IMG/VR virus record: IMGVR_UViG_3300021959_006010
Location: 211,367-275,366 of that record
DNA length: 64,000 nucleotides
Direction: 5' to 3' (one strand)
Part shown: piece by piece, positions 26,026 to 35,915 of the stretch
How the letters are laid out: each line of letters opens with the position of its first letter
Numbering within the stretch: position 1 is the first letter of the stretch
Program-made: the position numbers and the translations under genes
Notes under the pieces: model-generated
Databases searched by the model: none
Told to the model about the DNA's origin: nothing
The model's input: the letters and a program-made list of their open reading frames with translations, nothing else

Positions 26026-26397
26026 ATGTTATTAAAAGATATACAAGAGAACTTTCCTTTTATTAGTGTTATAAGTTACGGCGGCGCAGAGTATGTCGGG
26101 ATTATAATTAATCAAGACCAATGGGTAACTTCTATGTACATCTATACAGATTTGAGATCCGAAATCGATAAGATCGAATTTTTAGAACTAGGAGATGTAT
26201 GGTGGTGGGAGTCAAATAGGATGTTACCTATTAATATTTTTCTTAAAGAAGAAATGGAAAAATTTGTTTATGCAATTACAACAATGAACTCAAAAAACGT
26301 AGTTGTAAAAGCAGGGCCGTGTGTTAATTTAAACAATCTTAACATTAAGAGAGTTAAAAGAAAAAATGTACAACTTGTAAGAAAGCCTAAGGACTAA
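26026..26397 (+). CDS. hypothetical phage protein
   Basis: TAAATA-N4-ATG; WWWESNR..PINIFL. Confidence 0.75.
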   Translation: MLLKDIQENFPFISVISYGGAEYVGIIINQDQWVTSMYIYTDLRSEIDKIEFLELGDVWWWESNRMLPINIFLKEEMEKFVYAITTMNSKNVVVKAGPCVNLNNLNIKRVKRKNVQLVRKPKD

Positions 26398-26947
26398 ACT
26401 GTTCGCATAGTAAGTTTATATGTACTACTACTGCGAAAGCATAACTCATAGCATGTGCTTTTTTAAAGTAGTACTCATCACCTTCGGGTTTTAACCAAAC
26501 TTCTTTTTCTATCGTTTGCCAAGTTTCGTTGACAAGATGCCTCTTTGCAGGCCGTATTATCGCCAGTACTGCTGCTAACTGCTCCACTGACTTTGGCTGC
26601 AACTTCCGCAATATGTCTCCATGTCCGCTGACGTGGAATAGTAAGTTGCTGAAGTCTTCGTGCTCCAATAGTTCCCATTGTGGTTCCCTTTCCATTAGTT
26701 GTTGTAGGTGAGCTTCGTCTTTAACATCTTTATAGATACTTACATTAAGAAAATCTAATTTAAAATATCCTCTGTCTTCTGCTGTTTTGTGATCAATAGT
26801 AGATAGGTTATCTATTGGGTTATGAGGTATTTCAGTTGTGTAAACTCCAGTATTATGTTTTTTGCCCGTTTCGAGTTTAGCTACACGATGCCGTAACTTT
26901 GACAAAAGAATATCTCGATCTGCAAAATCTATATCAATATCAGGCAT
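26387..26947 (-). CDS. compact DNA polymerase III alpha (DnaE)-like catalytic fragment
   Basis: PDIDIDF, H.TGVY, KLDFL, LA.IRP, Y.FKKAHA.SY. Confidence 0.8.
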   Translation of the reverse strand: MPDIDIDFADRDILLSKLRHRVAKLETGKKHNTGVYTTEIPHNPIDNLSTIDHKTAEDRGYFKLDFLNVSIYKDVKDEAHLQQLMEREPQWELLEHEDFSNLLFHVSGHGDILRKLQPKSVEQLAAVLAIIRPAKRHLVNETWQTIEKEVWLKPEGDEYYFKKAHAMSYAFAVVVHINLLCEQFSP

Positions 26948-27345
26948 TACAGTTTACCTTCTTCTCTCATTTTTGCTCTAATCTTAGTTGCACTAATGTC
27001 GTGTACATCTTCGCCTAGGTCATGCTCAGTAAAAGTATACCCGACACCCCTACCATAACTAATGTCCACAATGTTAGGCACTTCCAAAATAATATATTTC
27101 TCGCCATATAAAAATCCCTCTCTAAACAGTGCTACTCTAATATTCTTCTTTACTTCGTATACATCAAACGGATTATCATTATTGCCCATGCCTGCGTCAA
27201 CACCCTGAACGTCACGTATCATTATACATACTTGTCCAGTTTCTGCAAGTGCCTTTTTAAATAATGCAGTGTGGCCATCATGCCACGGTTGCCACCGTCC
27301 TAGCATTTGTGCTGTAGGTTTTTTTGAATCAAACTTTATTTCCAT
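26947..27345 (-). CDS. HxGH nucleotidyltransferase (cytidyltransferase-like)
   Basis: GRWQPWHDGH, ISATKIR. Confidence 0.8.
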   Translation of the reverse strand: MEIKFDSKKPTAQMLGRWQPWHDGHTALFKKALAETGQVCIMIRDVQGVDAGMGNNDNPFDVYEVKKNIRVALFREGFLYGEKYIILEVPNIVDISYGRGVGYTFTEHDLGEDVHDISATKIRAKMREEGKL

Positions 27346-27602
27346 TATTCGAATCCTAATGATGATAAAAACAAAATAACTAATACTACTATTATTTTTG
27401 TTAATAACATTTTTCCTGCTTCTTTGCCAACTTCTTTAGGTGCAGGTTTCCAAGTTTCCCACTTACCTAGTTTGGCCCATTCTTCTTTACTTGTCCACAA
27501 ACTGCCAACATGTTTTAACCATTCTTTAAAAGATTTGTCACTATGACGTTTACGTTCTCTTCGCCATTCTGATAATATATCAAATATATCTTTAAACGTC
27601 AT
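27345..27602 (-). CDS. hypothetical protein with C-terminal TM helix
   Basis: start re-assigned to MTFKDIF; IIVVLVILFL. Confidence 0.55.
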   Translation of the reverse strand: MTFKDIFDILSEWRRERKRHSDKSFKEWLKHVGSLWTSKEEWAKLGKWETWKPAPKEVGKEAGKMLLTKIIVVLVILFLSSLGFE

Positions 27603-28026
27603 CTTTAAATTCCATATAGCGTTGTACAACTTTAAACAATTGCTGGTGTGTATCATCAAACCACTGTGCTACATGATAATTAACATATGCCTTATAAGGA
27701 CGTTCAAATATTTTATTTGTATCATCATACTCGCTTTTGTTAACAGTATCCATCCAGATAGCAAAATCAGCATCAAATACTTTGCGTATTTCGTCCGTTG
27801 GTGCTACAAAGTCTGCTATGGCAATTTTGCCTGCCATAGTAACACCGTCGGCTAAATGCCGCATTCGTTCTGCTTGACGCATTCGCCCGGACGGGCTAAA
27901 ATCCCAATCGTTATATTGTTCTCTTATATTGTCAGCATTAAGATGCACTCCGCCAAGTAACTCTGCAAACGGTTTAGCAAGAGTTGTTTTTCCTGATCCT
28001 GGCAATCCAAAAATTAATATTCTCAT
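27592..28026 (-). CDS. adenylylsulfate-kinase-like P-loop kinase
   Basis: GLPGSGKTT, NAD.IR, DFS..GR.RQ, ADFVAP, FERP. Confidence 0.8.
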   Translation of the reverse strand: MRILIFGLPGSGKTTLAKPFAELLGGVHLNADNIREQYNDWDFSPSGRMRQAERMRHLADGVTMAGKIAIADFVAPTDEIRKVFDADFAIWMDTVNKSEYDDTNKIFERPYKAYVNYHVAQWFDDTHQQLFKVVQRYMEFKDDV

Positions 28027-28721
28027 AGTTTAGATTCCTTTGCAACTTCTTTAACTAGTTGCACATCGCTCGTTTGTCTATTAAAACGCATTGCCCAGTG
28101 TTGAGGATTAATAACATGATACACCATACTCAACTGCTCGTCGTTAAACTTGCCTAACATTTCTTTACCAGACTTACAATTAAGAATGAGCCAAGGACTA
28201 ATCTTTCCATCTTTAATATCCCATACTGCTCGATTAAGACTTACATAAAGAAAGTAATGATTCCACGGAGCACTTTTATCTTCTGCCCAACTAACCATAT
28301 TATTAATACTACGTTCTAATGCTGTATGCACATCTTCTTTAAGAATTAATTCTAATGCATACTTTTCGTACAATTCTTCTTTGCACCAGTGGTCTAGTTT
28401 AACTCCGCTAGTAACTACATAGTCGATATATTTTTCTGGGTATAAAGGTTTAACATTGCTAAGAAAACTACCAAACTTTACAAAAGCATTATAATATTGA
28501 CTGTTACAAAAATCTTCGTAGGTCTTTTCCTTTTTAGTGCCTGCACTTAATTTGTAAAATCTTTGGAATGCATAAAAGCCATGCCGTACACGTTTTTCGT
28601 CTTTTTGTAATGCTCTACGTTTTTTCTCACACATATGAGCAGCAAGAGTTTTTTCTCTTACATAACCACTACCACAGTATTCGCAAACATATGGTTTATT
28701 AGAGTTTGACGTCGACGCCAT
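28023..28721 (-). CDS. hypothetical protein with N-terminal C2H2-like Zn finger
   Basis: Y.CEYCG..Y.RE.TL..H.C. Confidence 0.7.
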   Translation of the reverse strand: MASTSNSNKPYVCEYCGSGYVREKTLAAHMCEKKRRALQKDEKRVRHGFYAFQRFYKLSAGTKKEKTYEDFCNSQYYNAFVKFGSFLSNVKPLYPEKYIDYVVTSGVKLDHWCKEELYEKYALELILKEDVHTALERSINNMVSWAEDKSAPWNHYFLYVSLNRAVWDIKDGKISPWLILNCKSGKEMLGKFNDEQLSMVYHVINPQHWAMRFNRQTSDVQLVKEVAKESKL

Positions 28722-29163
28722 GTTCTTCAGCCAATTCTCTGAGTTCTTTTTTTGTAGATAATCTAGCAAGTAACTCTACCTCGTCTTGTTTCATATTCGG
28801 ATAAACTTCTTGTAAAAGCTTAATTGCTTTTGAATTAGAATCACCTTTTTTCTTAAATCCTATATATGGGTGGAATTCTATTTTACCTGTATTACTACTC
28901 ATACATAAAAGTTGCCACATCAGTTCTTGATGTCCGTTTTCTTTGCCGACACCAATAGTATTGAAATGTTTATTGTAATATTCGTTAGTTTTAAAAACAG
29001 CAAGTTCTTGTTTTTCTCTCGATCCTTGAACATTACTAACATACCTATTTAGTAACCAAAAGCCGACTTGCTTTTTTTGGTCAGAACTAAGTTCTTTCCA
29101 AACACTCTTTGCTCCCATATCTACAGCAGCTAATATATCTTTAAGTGGAATTTTATCTGTCAT
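28699..29163 (-). CDS. possible clamp-loader small subunit (gp62-like)
   Basis: F.LLNRYVS...N...H..L.WQL pattern and size; replication context. Confidence 0.45.
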   Translation of the reverse strand: MTDKIPLKDILAAVDMGAKSVWKELSSDQKKQVGFWLLNRYVSNVQGSREKQELAVFKTNEYYNKHFNTIGVGKENGHQELMWQLLCMSSNTGKIEFHPYIGFKKKGDSNSKAIKLLQEVYPNMKQDEVELLARLSTKKELRELAEEHGVDVKL

Positions 29164-29428
29164 CTTTAATAATATAATATGTTTGAACTAATCTGTCAAG
29201 TTGTTTTTTAAGAGTAGAGTTAACTTGTGCAAGTTCGCATAATGTCTTCCACTCTCCGTAATCGAGTAATTCGCCTTGTGCTCTTGCTACACTAGCCGGG
29301 TCCCCGCCTATTATCCATCTTGGTTTACTACTATGCGGAGGATCTCGATAACGAGCATAAACAACACCATCGCTACGTTCGTATATTAATGCTTCGCCTG
29401 GAATAAGTTTATCTTGCATCTGTTTCAT
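29153..29428 (-). CDS. hypothetical protein
   Basis: IYER.DGVVYAR. Confidence 0.7.
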   Translation of the reverse strand: MKQMQDKLIPGEALIYERSDGVVYARYRDPPHSSKPRWIIGGDPASVARAQGELLDYGEWKTLCELAQVNSTLKKQLDRLVQTYYIIKDDR

Positions 29429-30040
29429 TTAGATTACCTTTAAATTTCCTGATACCGACAAACGTGTAGTATCTGTTTTGAATGGATTAGTGTAATGATC
29501 TAAATTAGCTGGAAAAATTATAAAATCTCTATTAGACGGATAATATGCTAGATAATCTGTTGACTTAAAAATATCCTTGTGTTGGTCTGTACTAAAATAT
29601 CTAAACACAATATTTCCCGGACAATATTGCATGTCTACATCTTTTAAATTATTAATTTCTTTAGATAGATCAGGAATGTCAAGATAAAGTACAAACGAAG
29701 CATCGCAATCACTATGATAGTGGGGCGGTCTCCATTCGTTTTGTTTTTGTATATTAATCCATGCATTAACTAATGTTAATTTTTTGTTGCCGATATTATT
29801 AGAACTCCAGTTTCTTTCGTATACATTAACATACATATCAAAATAAGGCTGAAGTGCAGTTTTTAAAAAATTTACACTGTCGTCATCAAAATTATACTCT
29901 TCTTCAAGATTTGATAATCTATGATCTAACGGTTGATTAAGACCTTTAGATCTTTCTAATATATTCAATCTTAAATCTTCCGTTATTTCTGTTTTTAACA
30001 GCAACGGTCCCCATTGGGCAAGTGTATAATTTAAATTCAT
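29429..30040 (-). CDS. putative 2OG-Fe(II) oxygenase
   Basis: WIN.Q......PH.H, S.VLY, IIFPA.L.H...P, R.SVS.N. Confidence 0.75.
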   Translation of the reverse strand: MNLNYTLAQWGPLLLKTEITEDLRLNILERSKGLNQPLDHRLSNLEEEYNFDDDSVNFLKTALQPYFDMYVNVYERNWSSNNIGNKKLTLVNAWINIQKQNEWRPPHYHSDCDASFVLYLDIPDLSKEINNLKDVDMQYCPGNIVFRYFSTDQHKDIFKSTDYLAYYPSNRDFIIFPANLDHYTNPFKTDTTRLSVSGNLKVI

Positions 30041-30547
30041 TTACAACAACTTATCATATTCTATAACTTCGCATTGTCTGCTGATATCTTTTACAAAGTA
30101 AGCACACAACGGTTTTTCACCTTCTGTAATAGGAACACTTAACAACTGTCCGTTTTTCATTTTAGGAAAATACCATTTGACATCATTGTAAAAATTAACA
30201 ATCTCAATATCAGCAAATTCAGTCTTATAACTACTCAAAGGATTAAACAAAAATGCTTCGAAGCCTCTATTGTTTAAACTTGTAAGTGGAAGTATTTCTA
30301 AGTCGTTTCCGCTTTCAGAACAACCTACTGCAATACTCCAATCAACCGGCATTGTAATCTCATGCCCACCTATTCTTAAAACCATTGCCGGAGCACTAAA
30401 GGATTCTAAAAAAATTAAAGGTATAAAAAAGAAATCTGGTTCTTTTGGGTCACTATTGTCTAATACGCTAAATCGTATATCTTCGTCTATTTCTTCAGGC
30501 AATTTATCTAATAAAAAGCACTCATTATCTAATGTTAATATTCTCAT
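30041..30547 (-). CDS. hypothetical phage protein
   Basis: 168-aa ORF in operon. Confidence 0.7.
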   Translation of the reverse strand: MRILTLDNECFLLDKLPEEIDEDIRFSVLDNSDPKEPDFFFIPLIFLESFSAPAMVLRIGGHEITMPVDWSIAVGCSESGNDLEILPLTSLNNRGFEAFLFNPLSSYKTEFADIEIVNFYNDVKWYFPKMKNGQLLSVPITEGEKPLCAYFVKDISRQCEVIEYDKLL

Positions 30548-32011
30548 TTATTTCCAATCCACTTTTTCTATTGTAAAGGGATATTGGGCTTCCTTGTAAA
30601 ATTTCTTTCTTTGGGTAAGGTGCCGCTTCGCAAACTTACAAGTACTTGTAAGATCCCATATTTGAACGAAGTCTTTGTCCTTTGCCTTTCTTACGCCTCT
30701 ACCAATACTTTGAATAACCCTAACAAAAGACTTGCCAGGCTCAATAAGAACAAGATTAAAGATACGCGGTATATTAATCCCAACGGCTGCGACTCCATAG
30801 GTTGCGATAACAACATGATTAGTCCCTTCATTAATTTCATCGTAAGCTTCCTTCCTGTCTTTTAATTTAACATCGCCTTTGACAAAGGTCGATCCTGGTA
30901 TAAGTTCTTGTAGCATTTCGCCTGCACTAATACGGTCTACAAGTATTAGAGTATTGCCTGATTCTTTTACATTGTTTAATATTTTGCCTAAGTATTCTAC
31001 TCGTTCTTTATTTGTAACTAGATATTTTAATTCTTCTTGATAATTAGTATGTGCTACTGTATCCATTAACTGTACAATATTAACATGGCATTGAGATAAC
31101 ACACCTTTGTCTTGTAATTCCTTAGCACTAATCTGTCCTATAACAGGACCTAAACTAGCATGTATACTTTCAAATTCAAACTTTTCTTTAGGTACTGTGC
31201 CAGTTAGTCCCCAACGTATAGGAGCGTTGCGTAGGTTGCGTGTAAGCAGATTCTTTAGCACCTCTGCCTTTGCTTGGTGTACTTCGTCGACAATAATAGT
31301 GCTGACACCGTCTAAGAACTCTGCGAGACTTAGTACTGCACTGCCGTCTTTGAACTTCTTGTCTAGAATGTTCAAGCTCTGCCATGTACAGATAGTGTGA
31401 GTCTTACCTAACTCTTTTCTGTCTCCGAAGTACACCCCTACGTCTAACCCACAATTGATGTAGTCTTCTTCTGTTTGTGTAACAAGTGACTTGTTAGGCA
31501 CAATTACAAGACTACGTCCGTACGGCTCACTTATGTGTGACAGTGTGGCTGTGGTAATTGTTTTACCTGCACCTGTTGCAATCTCTTGCAAGCTCTGTGG
31601 GTTTTGTAAAAAGTTGTTGATTGCTGTAACTTGATAGTCACGCAACATGATCAGTTCACCCTCTGCCGGGTGTCCTTTGGGCCAACGCACATCCATGTCA
31701 GCCCAATAGCTTTCTGTAATAGGCTGAAAGTCTAATTTAATAGGATGTCGTCTGTCTTCAATGTCTACAATATTTACTTTGTTCTTTTCAAGAACATCAA
31801 CAATGACATCAAGATGATTAACGTAGCCTGTGCCGCCAATACCAAAGAAAGCAACTTTACCGTCCCATCTTCCCAATTTATACTGGGGCATGTATCGAGC
31901 ATAAGGCACTTCAAACTTAAGAGCATTGGAGAGTTTTCGTCTGACATCTACATCTAATCCTTCTAGTTTGATGTTTACTTCATCTTCGATTATTAGTTTG
32001 CAACTACTCAT
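30548..32011 (-). CDS. uvsW: UvsW-like SF2 helicase
   Basis: LRDYQ, ATGAGKT, DEVH, GLTGT, GINIP, QSIGRG.R. Confidence 0.88.
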   Translation of the reverse strand: MSSCKLIIEDEVNIKLEGLDVDVRRKLSNALKFEVPYARYMPQYKLGRWDGKVAFFGIGGTGYVNHLDVIVDVLEKNKVNIVDIEDRRHPIKLDFQPITESYWADMDVRWPKGHPAEGELIMLRDYQVTAINNFLQNPQSLQEIATGAGKTITTATLSHISEPYGRSLVIVPNKSLVTQTEEDYINCGLDVGVYFGDRKELGKTHTICTWQSLNILDKKFKDGSAVLSLAEFLDGVSTIIVDEVHQAKAEVLKNLLTRNLRNAPIRWGLTGTVPKEKFEFESIHASLGPVIGQISAKELQDKGVLSQCHVNIVQLMDTVAHTNYQEELKYLVTNKERVEYLGKILNNVKESGNTLILVDRISAGEMLQELIPGSTFVKGDVKLKDRKEAYDEINEGTNHVVIATYGVAAVGINIPRIFNLVLIEPGKSFVRVIQSIGRGVRKAKDKDFVQIWDLTSTCKFAKRHLTQRKKFYKEAQYPFTIEKVDWK

Positions 32012-33282
32012 ACAATTTTATCCATTGAATAATATGGCTTTCTTAAAAAAGAAAAATTTGATTCTTTTTCGTCGTGTATCAAAACTAAGTCAGTTCCTTC
32101 TAGCCAAGATTCAAATTTCGAACTAGTTCTATAACTCGAAAGTAATAATACAGACTTAAAATTCCAGTCTGCTTTTAAAAGAGGCTTTGACATTTTACTT
32201 TTACTAGTATAAACTACTTTAGTATTTTTGTCAACATAATTGTTTAATTGCTTGTCTTTAACATAATAATTAAAATCGGTTTCGCCGTCTAATCTAAACA
32301 TTACGCTTATTTCTTGAGACATTAGTCTATTACGTAATATCTCGTAAGTGTTTAATAATTGAGATTCTGCTTGATACTCATCGCATACTATTAAAAGAGG
32401 AAACCGTTCTAATTCAAAAAACGAATCTAATACTGATTGTAAATTTCTAGAATTACGATCAACAAACACAGAACCTGTTGATCTATTTGCGATTCTAACT
32501 GAAAGGTCACTAAACTTTTTAGAACTTTTGTTTAAGGCGTCTTCGTCAAAATATCGAAGTCCATACATTAAACTCCTGTCTTTATAAAGTAGTAAATTAT
32601 CTTCGTCTGGTTTTCCTAATTCAGAATTTAATGTGTTATTTGCATTTTCTGAAATGTTACATAAATTATAATTATAAACTCCGGGTATGTACGAATCTCT
32701 ATTATCGTTAAAAGTTTCTATTTCTTTGTAAATGTCTAATACTTCTTGAGAAATTACAAAGTTAGAATTAGAAAATAGTTTAACTAAATTATAAAGATTA
32801 TTTTCTTTTAATAAAAAGAAATGTTCATGAGATCCTTTTTCGTGATGATAGGACCTATCCATTCTTGCTTTATTCACTATGATTTGTAATTTAGATATAT
32901 CCTTTTTCGAGAACGGAAAACGAACTTTAATCCATTTCCAATTTTGCTTGTATGATTCGTATACGTTGTTAGGACCTACCATTTCTGCATGACTAACAAT
33001 TTTAATATATTTGCTACGATCTATTTCTCGCAATGGCTGTCTTAGATTATCGATTGCTGAATCAAAATCATAACCGTTTTCGATAAATTGATCGCGATAA
33101 TCTAAAAGCTTTGATTGCATTAACGCATGTTGTCTATCAGTTAATGCTGTGCCTCTAAACGATTGCCTTGCTATGCTTTGCATAATAGTTGCATCGTTTT
33201 GATTAAGTTTTAGATTGTTGCTTCTATGCAATCCAGCAATTAATTCTAAGAGATCTTCAATTGTAGTAATATCATTTTTCAT
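32008..33282 (-). CDS. hypothetical protein
   Basis: 424 aa; TTGACT-N17-TATAAT directly upstream. Confidence 0.75.
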   Translation of the reverse strand: MKNDITTIEDLLELIAGLHRSNNLKLNQNDATIMQSIARQSFRGTALTDRQHALMQSKLLDYRDQFIENGYDFDSAIDNLRQPLREIDRSKYIKIVSHAEMVGPNNVYESYKQNWKWIKVRFPFSKKDISKLQIIVNKARMDRSYHHEKGSHEHFFLLKENNLYNLVKLFSNSNFVISQEVLDIYKEIETFNDNRDSYIPGVYNYNLCNISENANNTLNSELGKPDEDNLLLYKDRSLMYGLRYFDEDALNKSSKKFSDLSVRIANRSTGSVFVDRNSRNLQSVLDSFFELERFPLLIVCDEYQAESQLLNTYEILRNRLMSQEISVMFRLDGETDFNYYVKDKQLNNYVDKNTKVVYTSKSKMSKPLLKADWNFKSVLLLSSYRTSSKFESWLEGTDLVLIHDEKESNFSFLRKPYYSMDKIV

Positions 33283-33313
33283 AAGTTAATTATAACTTAA
33301 GATTAAGAAAAAG

Positions 33314-34072
33314 TCAAGATCTTTCTATATCTTCTTCAGTGCAGTCAGTACCATATTGAATTTCTACTAACTTTAAAGGTTCAGAAGATTCGTTAGCAAG
33401 CTGATGCCATGTGTTTGCAGGAATATGCAAATTTTGGTGCTTTGTGTAAACGCCGTAAAGTTCTACATCAGTTGCAGTATTTAAAGTATAAACTGTTGCA
33501 GTTCCTTGATCAACAAACCAGTGCTCGCTTCGTTTTTGATGGCGTTGCATTGATAGATGTTGTCCTGGTTCTACTGTTAATTCTTTCACTTTTACTTCCT
33601 TTCCTGATCTATGCAAGACTCGATAATATCCCCACGGCCTTTCAGTCTTGTCAGTTTTCCAGTCTTCTAATAACCAACTGCTTGAATTCTTTTTATTTTC
33701 GCCGCCGACGCCAAACACAAACTCTACATCTGTAAATTTCATTTCCGGTATATTAGAGCGTGATCGATCACCGCCATTTGCGAATACAACTTTTGTCCGA
33801 CTGCCCTTTGTAGATAGTACTTGAAATATTGCATTATTAGCAGTATCATCTTCGTCTCGAAAACCAATAACTTCGTCTACACATGCAAGTTCTTTTATAA
33901 TTGCACAACGTTCTTCAAAGGGCATAAAAGGCCTGCCTTTTTTACGAGCAAGCCATTCGTCTGAATTAACACCTACCACAAGATGATCGCCTAATTCTTT
34001 TGCTGATTTAAAATATTCTATATGTCCACTATGCAGTGGATCAAAACCACCAGTAACTAAAACTACCTTCAT
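33314..34072 (-). CDS. cytidylyltransferase-like + mannose-6-phosphate-isomerase-type cupin fusion
   Basis: GGFDPLHSGH, GVNSD..L.RKKG, ANGGDR, NSSS; ERPWG.Y, LS.QRH..RSEHW, EIQYG....EEDIER. Confidence 0.85.
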   Translation of the reverse strand: MKVVLVTGGFDPLHSGHIEYFKSAKELGDHLVVGVNSDEWLARKKGRPFMPFEERCAIIKELACVDEVIGFRDEDDTANNAIFQVLSTKGSRTKVVFANGGDRSRSNIPEMKFTDVEFVFGVGGENKKNSSSWLLEDWKTDKTERPWGYYRVLHRSGKEVKVKELTVEPGQHLSMQRHQKRSEHWFVDQGTATVYTLNTATDVELYGVYTKHQNLHIPANTWHQLANESSEPLKLVEIQYGTDCTEEDIERS

Positions 34073-34527
34073 TATAGAGTTGCATCTTCCATTCCTGCTA
34101 CACGTAGTTTAACTACGTTAGTAATTTGCCATTGTTTTTGATCAAGTGCTTTGAGTACACCTAACCATTTGTTACGCATTAGTGCAAATTCGTTGATAAT
34201 CTTTTCATAGTCAACAACGTCTGCCTCACCGTCGACATATTTTTCAACGTCACGGCTTGACAGAGCTCGTTGATAATTTTCAAGATATTTTTTGAAATAC
34301 GAGCTACGCAATCTACGTAGCTCGATATTTAGATAATTTAGGATTGCTTCAATTTCTTGAAGCTGATTAAATCGATGTTCGACAATACCAGGCATAGCGG
34401 CTGCACTTTTTTCAACATTGCCCACAAGTTTGCATTCTGCTTTAGCTTGTGTAAGTTCAGTTTCGTAATATGCAACAGCTTGTGGTATTTTACTAACATC
34501 ACGAGAAATCTCGCTATACCAGCCCAT
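34072..34527 (-). CDS. uvsY: UvsY-like recombination mediator
   Basis: helical 151 aa, KYVDGE, K.WQ..N.VKLR..G; near UvsX. Confidence 0.65.
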   Translation of the reverse strand: MGWYSEISRDVSKIPQAVAYYETELTQAKAECKLVGNVEKSAAAMPGIVEHRFNQLQEIEAILNYLNIELRRLRSSYFKKYLENYQRALSSRDVEKYVDGEADVVDYEKIINEFALMRNKWLGVLKALDQKQWQITNVVKLRVAGMEDATL

Positions 34528-34769
34528 TACTCATCCCATTCGTTATAATCATCGTCGCTTTCGTCATCCATATAAGATCCAACATCTAGATAATAATTAA
34601 TTGCTACATCTAAAAATGCATCGTGACCGAGTAAACTTAAAAATGTTTCGTCGTCAACACCATAGTCAGCAAGCAAATCAATATATTTTTCAGTAATTAT
34701 ATCAATTTGCTTTTTATCTAAATATTCTTTAAAAAGACTCCATACATCCAGGATTTGTTCTTCATTCAT
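34527..34769 (-). CDS. acidic hypothetical protein
   Basis: 80 aa, coupled. Confidence 0.7.
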   Translation of the reverse strand: MNEEQILDVWSLFKEYLDKKQIDIITEKYIDLLADYGVDDETFLSLLGHDAFLDVAINYYLDVGSYMDDESDDDYNEWDE

Positions 34770-35853
34770 TAGTTAGTGCTTCCTCAACAAAGGTATCAGT
34801 TGCTTCTTCGTCAACTTCAGGGGTATTTACCACAGAAGCTTCTCTAATTAAGTAATCTGACATTACCTTGTCAAGTAAATCACCATTCCAATTTTTACGG
34901 TATTCAAGTAGTTCTTCGCCTTCTACAGTTTCATACTTTAGACGATTGCCTTGCTTAACAATAACGCCTTTTGCTTCAAACAGTTCGAGCAAGCCGCTAT
35001 ATGGATTCATACCTGTTTCATATGGAATCTTAACTTGTACACCTTCAAACGGTTTAGCATAACGTGTTTTCATAACCTTACAGGCTGCACGAATACCACG
35101 TACTTCACTAATCTTGTTACCGTCTTCATCTTCTTTTAGTTTCAACTTCTTCATTGCAACTACAATAGATGATGCATAGATAAAGCCTTGACCGCCGCTA
35201 ATCTTATCGTCTGGGTCAAACATATCTTGCGATGCATAAGTGTGGTTAGTTGCTACAAGTCCTACATTATGCGAACCAAACATATTAACAGTGTTACGAA
35301 CAAGTGATGTTAGTGCTTTAGGCTTACGACCCATATCACCTTTCATATCACCCTTGTTAAACTGGTCTACGTCTGTAGGTGTTAGTAACATACCTAGTGA
35401 GTCAACTACAAACAGTACCTTAGGGCGATCTTCTTCCGCCATTACTTTGTAGTCTGCCATAAACGTACTAATAGTCTTAGCAACATCATCAATCATTGAC
35501 ATATTAAGTTTTAGTAGTTTATCTTCTGATGTATCTACATCAAGTGCTTGTAGCCAAGCTTCGTCAAGTGCGTTCTCTGAGTCAATAAGAACTACAAAGA
35601 TACCTTGGTCTTGTGCTGACTTTACAATGTTACCAGAACAGATATATGATTTACCTGCACCTGATTCGCCAGCAAACACACTAACTTTACCTAGTGGAAT
35701 ACCTTTATTCCAATCACCTGAAATAAGATAGTTGAGTGCATAATTGCCTGTACTAATCCAATCAGTGGGATCATTAAATCCTGCACTCATACCTGAAATA
35801 GATTTAGTTAAAGAAGTTCGAAACTTAGTAGGATCGAATGCTTTATTAGCCAT
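34762..35853 (-). CDS. uvsX: UvsX/RecA-like recombinase
   Basis: STG...LN..ISG, AGESGAGKS, DSENAL, VVDSLG, TNHTY, SGG.G. Confidence 0.92.
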   Translation of the reverse strand: MANKAFDPTKFRTSLTKSISGMSAGFNDPTDWISTGNYALNYLISGDWNKGIPLGKVSVFAGESGAGKSYICSGNIVKSAQDQGIFVVLIDSENALDEAWLQALDVDTSEDKLLKLNMSMIDDVAKTISTFMADYKVMAEEDRPKVLFVVDSLGMLLTPTDVDQFNKGDMKGDMGRKPKALTSLVRNTVNMFGSHNVGLVATNHTYASQDMFDPDDKISGGQGFIYASSIVVAMKKLKLKEDEDGNKISEVRGIRAACKVMKTRYAKPFEGVQVKIPYETGMNPYSGLLELFEAKGVIVKQGNRLKYETVEGEELLEYRKNWNGDLLDKVMSDYLIREASVVNTPEVDEEATDTFVEEALTNE

Positions 35854-35879
35854 ATTAATCTCCTAATCTAAAAAGCAAA

Positions 35880-35911
35880 ATGGGTTGCAATCTTCAGACT
35901 GCAACCCTTTT
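35880..35911 (-). terminator. terminator after the ssb gene
   Basis: GGGTTGCA...TGCAACCC stem with a U run on the minus strand. Confidence 0.7.
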
Positions 35912-35915
35912 AGTA

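Noticed and set aside
30041-30547. Hint/intein-like fold (LRIGGHEITMPVDW resembles block B)
   Set aside because: No N-terminal Cys/Ser or C-terminal His-Asn; cannot be supported without profile searches.
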